A DNA stretch of 64,000 nt from the human T2T-CHM13v2.0 reference genome, Homo sapiens. A model generated the notes under the pieces. That model was not told the DNA's origin. It searched no databases and saw only the letters and a list, made by a program, of their open reading frames with translations. The position numbers were made by a program, and so were the translations under genes. The stretch lies in the NCBI RefSeq assembly GCF_009914755.1, contig NC_060933.1; one strand, 5' to 3'. This document shows, piece by piece, positions 61,802-64,000 of this stretch. Position 1 is the first letter of the stretch, and every line of letters starts with the position of its first letter.

Positions 61802-63420
61802 CTCTGTCTATCTACTCTATCTATGTATCTATCTATGTATCTATGTATCTATGTATCTATCTATCTATCTATCTATCTATCTCTGGCTGTCTATCTGCCT
61901 GGAGTCTGGGCTCTTCCCTGAACTCCAGGCTCAAATGCCCAAATTGTCTAAGCAACATACGTTATCTAAGCAACATATACATCTCAAACAATACAAATGT
62001 GAACTCCTGACTCCCCTTCTCCCACCATCATCACCCAGTAACACCAAACCTACTCCAATGTCAGTATTTCCCACATCAATTAATGGCAACTTCATCCTGC
62101 CAGTTGTTCAGGGCAAAAACTTTGGTGCCATCCTTGACATTTTTTTTTCTCTAATTGTCCACATCCAATCTATCAGTAAATCCTATTGTCTCTACCTTCA
62201 AAGTGAACCCAGCATCTAAATGCCTGTAATCTCCTCTGCTGCTATAATTACCGGAGTAACCTTACAACTAATCTCCCTGCTTCTACTCAAATCTATACCC
62301 CCAATGCTCTTATTTTTAGCACTATGACCTAAGTGATCCTTTAAGACATAAGTCAGATCTAAGCAGACCCCCTAATAGCTCCCCAATTTACTCAAAGTAA
62401 GAGCCAGCTTCCTTGCTGGCTTTCTACCAGGCCTTATACCATGTGGCCCCTTACCACTGGAGTCATCCTCTACCACTTTCTCCCTTTATTCCTTTATTAC
62501 TCTGCTTTAGGTTCACTGGCTTCCTTGTTCCTTCTGACAGGCTGGGCATCCTCCAACCTCCAGGCATCTGCATTAGCTGTAATTTCTGACTGGAATGCTC
62601 TTCCTCGTTTACCCACGTGGTTTACTCGCTTATCACCCTCAAGTCCTTGCTGACATTTTAATTTCCTAGTGATACCTTCCCTGAGCTCCTTATTTAAAAC
62701 TGTATCCCTTTTGAAGTCTTCTCTAATCCCATTACCCTGATTTTTTTGCATATATCTGGTCACCTTCTATATACTATGTTTTTTATTTATACTTCTTTTC
62801 TCTTCCTCCCAGGCATGCTCCCAACGTAAGTTCCTTGAGAGAGCAGATTTTTTTTTCCTCTTATGTTCACTGCTGTATTCCCAGTGCCTATAAAAGTGCC
62901 TGGCATATAATAGGTGCTCAATATTTATTGAAGGAATGAAGAATGGGTGAAAGAATGCCATTCATTCTCCAGCTTGGCAACCTCATTCTGATCCCTTAAA
63001 CATTTTACTGTGTTTTTTTTTTTAATTATTATACAGGGGTTTCTCCAGTGAGTCACTATTCTCTGACACGGCATGCTGTTGTTTGATGCCATGCCTCTGT
63101 TCATGTTGTACTCTCAGCCTGGGAAAGCCTCTCTACTCCCTACCTCCTTCCCAACTAATGCCTGCTCATCCTTTAGAACTCAACTTACATATCATCTCTT
63201 CTAGGAAACTTTCCATGAACATTCCCCAAAACTAGATTAAGTGCCCTCCTATGTACTTTCATCTTATTGCTTCTAATGACTTTTTATATGACTGTCTATC
63301 CCAGAGTTCATGAGCTTTTTCAGACAAGGCCTGTGTATCGTTCACTGTTATCTCTGTAGTGCCTGGCATAGTGCCCGCCACATAGCAAGTACTTGAATAT
63401 TTGAATTGTTGAATGCAAGA
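61100..63420 (+). mobile_element. L2 LINE fragments (two 3' ends, ~62945 and ~63415)
   Basis: L2 3' termini gtgcctggcatataataggtgctcaatatttattgaaggaatgaa and gtgcctggcatagtgcccgcacatagcaag. Confidence 0.78.
61744..61883. repeat. Compound (TCTG)n/(TCTA)n/(TATG) tetranucleotide microsatellite
   Basis: Direct reading. Confidence 0.95.
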
Positions 63421-64000
63421 CTCAGCCCAAAGTTGTTTTTATTGTGACCCTTTTAGGGATCTCTTCATCAACTAGTCTTCATTCTAGGCAGCATTCTTTC
63501 CATGCAAATGAAAGGCAATGGAGGTTGGAACAGGCAACAGGACTAGAGTGGGCTCTCAGTTGGGTTACCCTTAAAGATCTCAGTAACAACAGAGAAAAGA
63601 CAGGGAGATTCTATCATCTGGTTTTGACATCTGTCATATTAGCTGTGTGCTTTTGATAAACATTCCTAAAGGAAGGAGCACCATGGCACTCTAAAGGACC
63701 TTCCCTCCAGGTTGTCAGCATATACTGTATAGAAGTCATCAATGAATTTTGCCTGTGGGCCAAAAATGCATTAGATTCCTGGCCACTGCTTCTTATACTG
63801 TCGCCATGTCCACATTCCTCCTCTGAGCCCAACACACCATGGGACAATAGAATTCAAGCCTGACCTTTTCTTTCAATGCACCTAAAACAAGGGCCTTTCT
63901 TCTCTGTCAAGTCCCTTTATCCACATTCTAGGGTGGGGCTGGGAGGAGTCATGTGGAATGCTGACCCATCTGAAATAAAATGTGATTTAAGCTTCTATAC

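Larger units (their letters stand above)
59932..63995 (+). repeat. Ancient local segmental duplication, copy B (probable 3' flank of the next paralog, expected SPATA31F3/FAM205C)
   Basis: Direct-orientation paralog of 2110-7065; match continues to the window end (ccatctgaa...aagct). Confidence 0.88.

Noticed and set aside
61502-62010. 139/138-aa hydrophobic ORFs
   Set aside because: L2 plus tetranucleotide microsatellite read-through.

Overview
Primate (almost certainly human) genomic DNA, recognisable as the FAM205/SPATA31F cluster. The only host gene is the minus-strand, four-exon unprocessed pseudogene SPATA31F2P (FAM205BP), 7334-13531. Exons 1-3 and all splice sites are intact. All five lesions (two nonsense, three 1-nt deletions) fall in the last exon, leaving a possible 123-aa N-terminal product and a 556-aa internal ORF. 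Sequence at ~2.1-7.1 kb is an ancient, rearranged paralog of ~59.9-64 kb, so the next paralog (expected FAM205C/SPATA31F3) probably begins just past the window end. The interval 15-59 kb is mostly nested retroelements: two full-length L1PA copies, a 3'-deleted older L1PA, a 5'-inverted L1PA2-like copy, old L1M/L2/MIR, MaLR LTRs, Tigger2a, MER103C, MADE1 and Alus including an AluYa5. The most notable unexplained signals are: (i) a ~460-bp-arm imperfect inverted repeat in apparently unique DNA at 41.45-42.86 kb, a candidate hairpin/small-RNA precursor; (ii) private variants, including an identical nonsense mutation, shared among three neighbouring L1s of different subfamilies, implying local gene conversion; (iii) a 173-bp block held at 94% identity in otherwise ~78%-identical paralogs; (iv) a long open ORF0. 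Repeat subfamily calls and FAM205A comparisons rest on recalled consensus sequences, not computed alignments. No prokaryotic-type systems, CRISPR arrays, tRNA or rRNA genes were seen.
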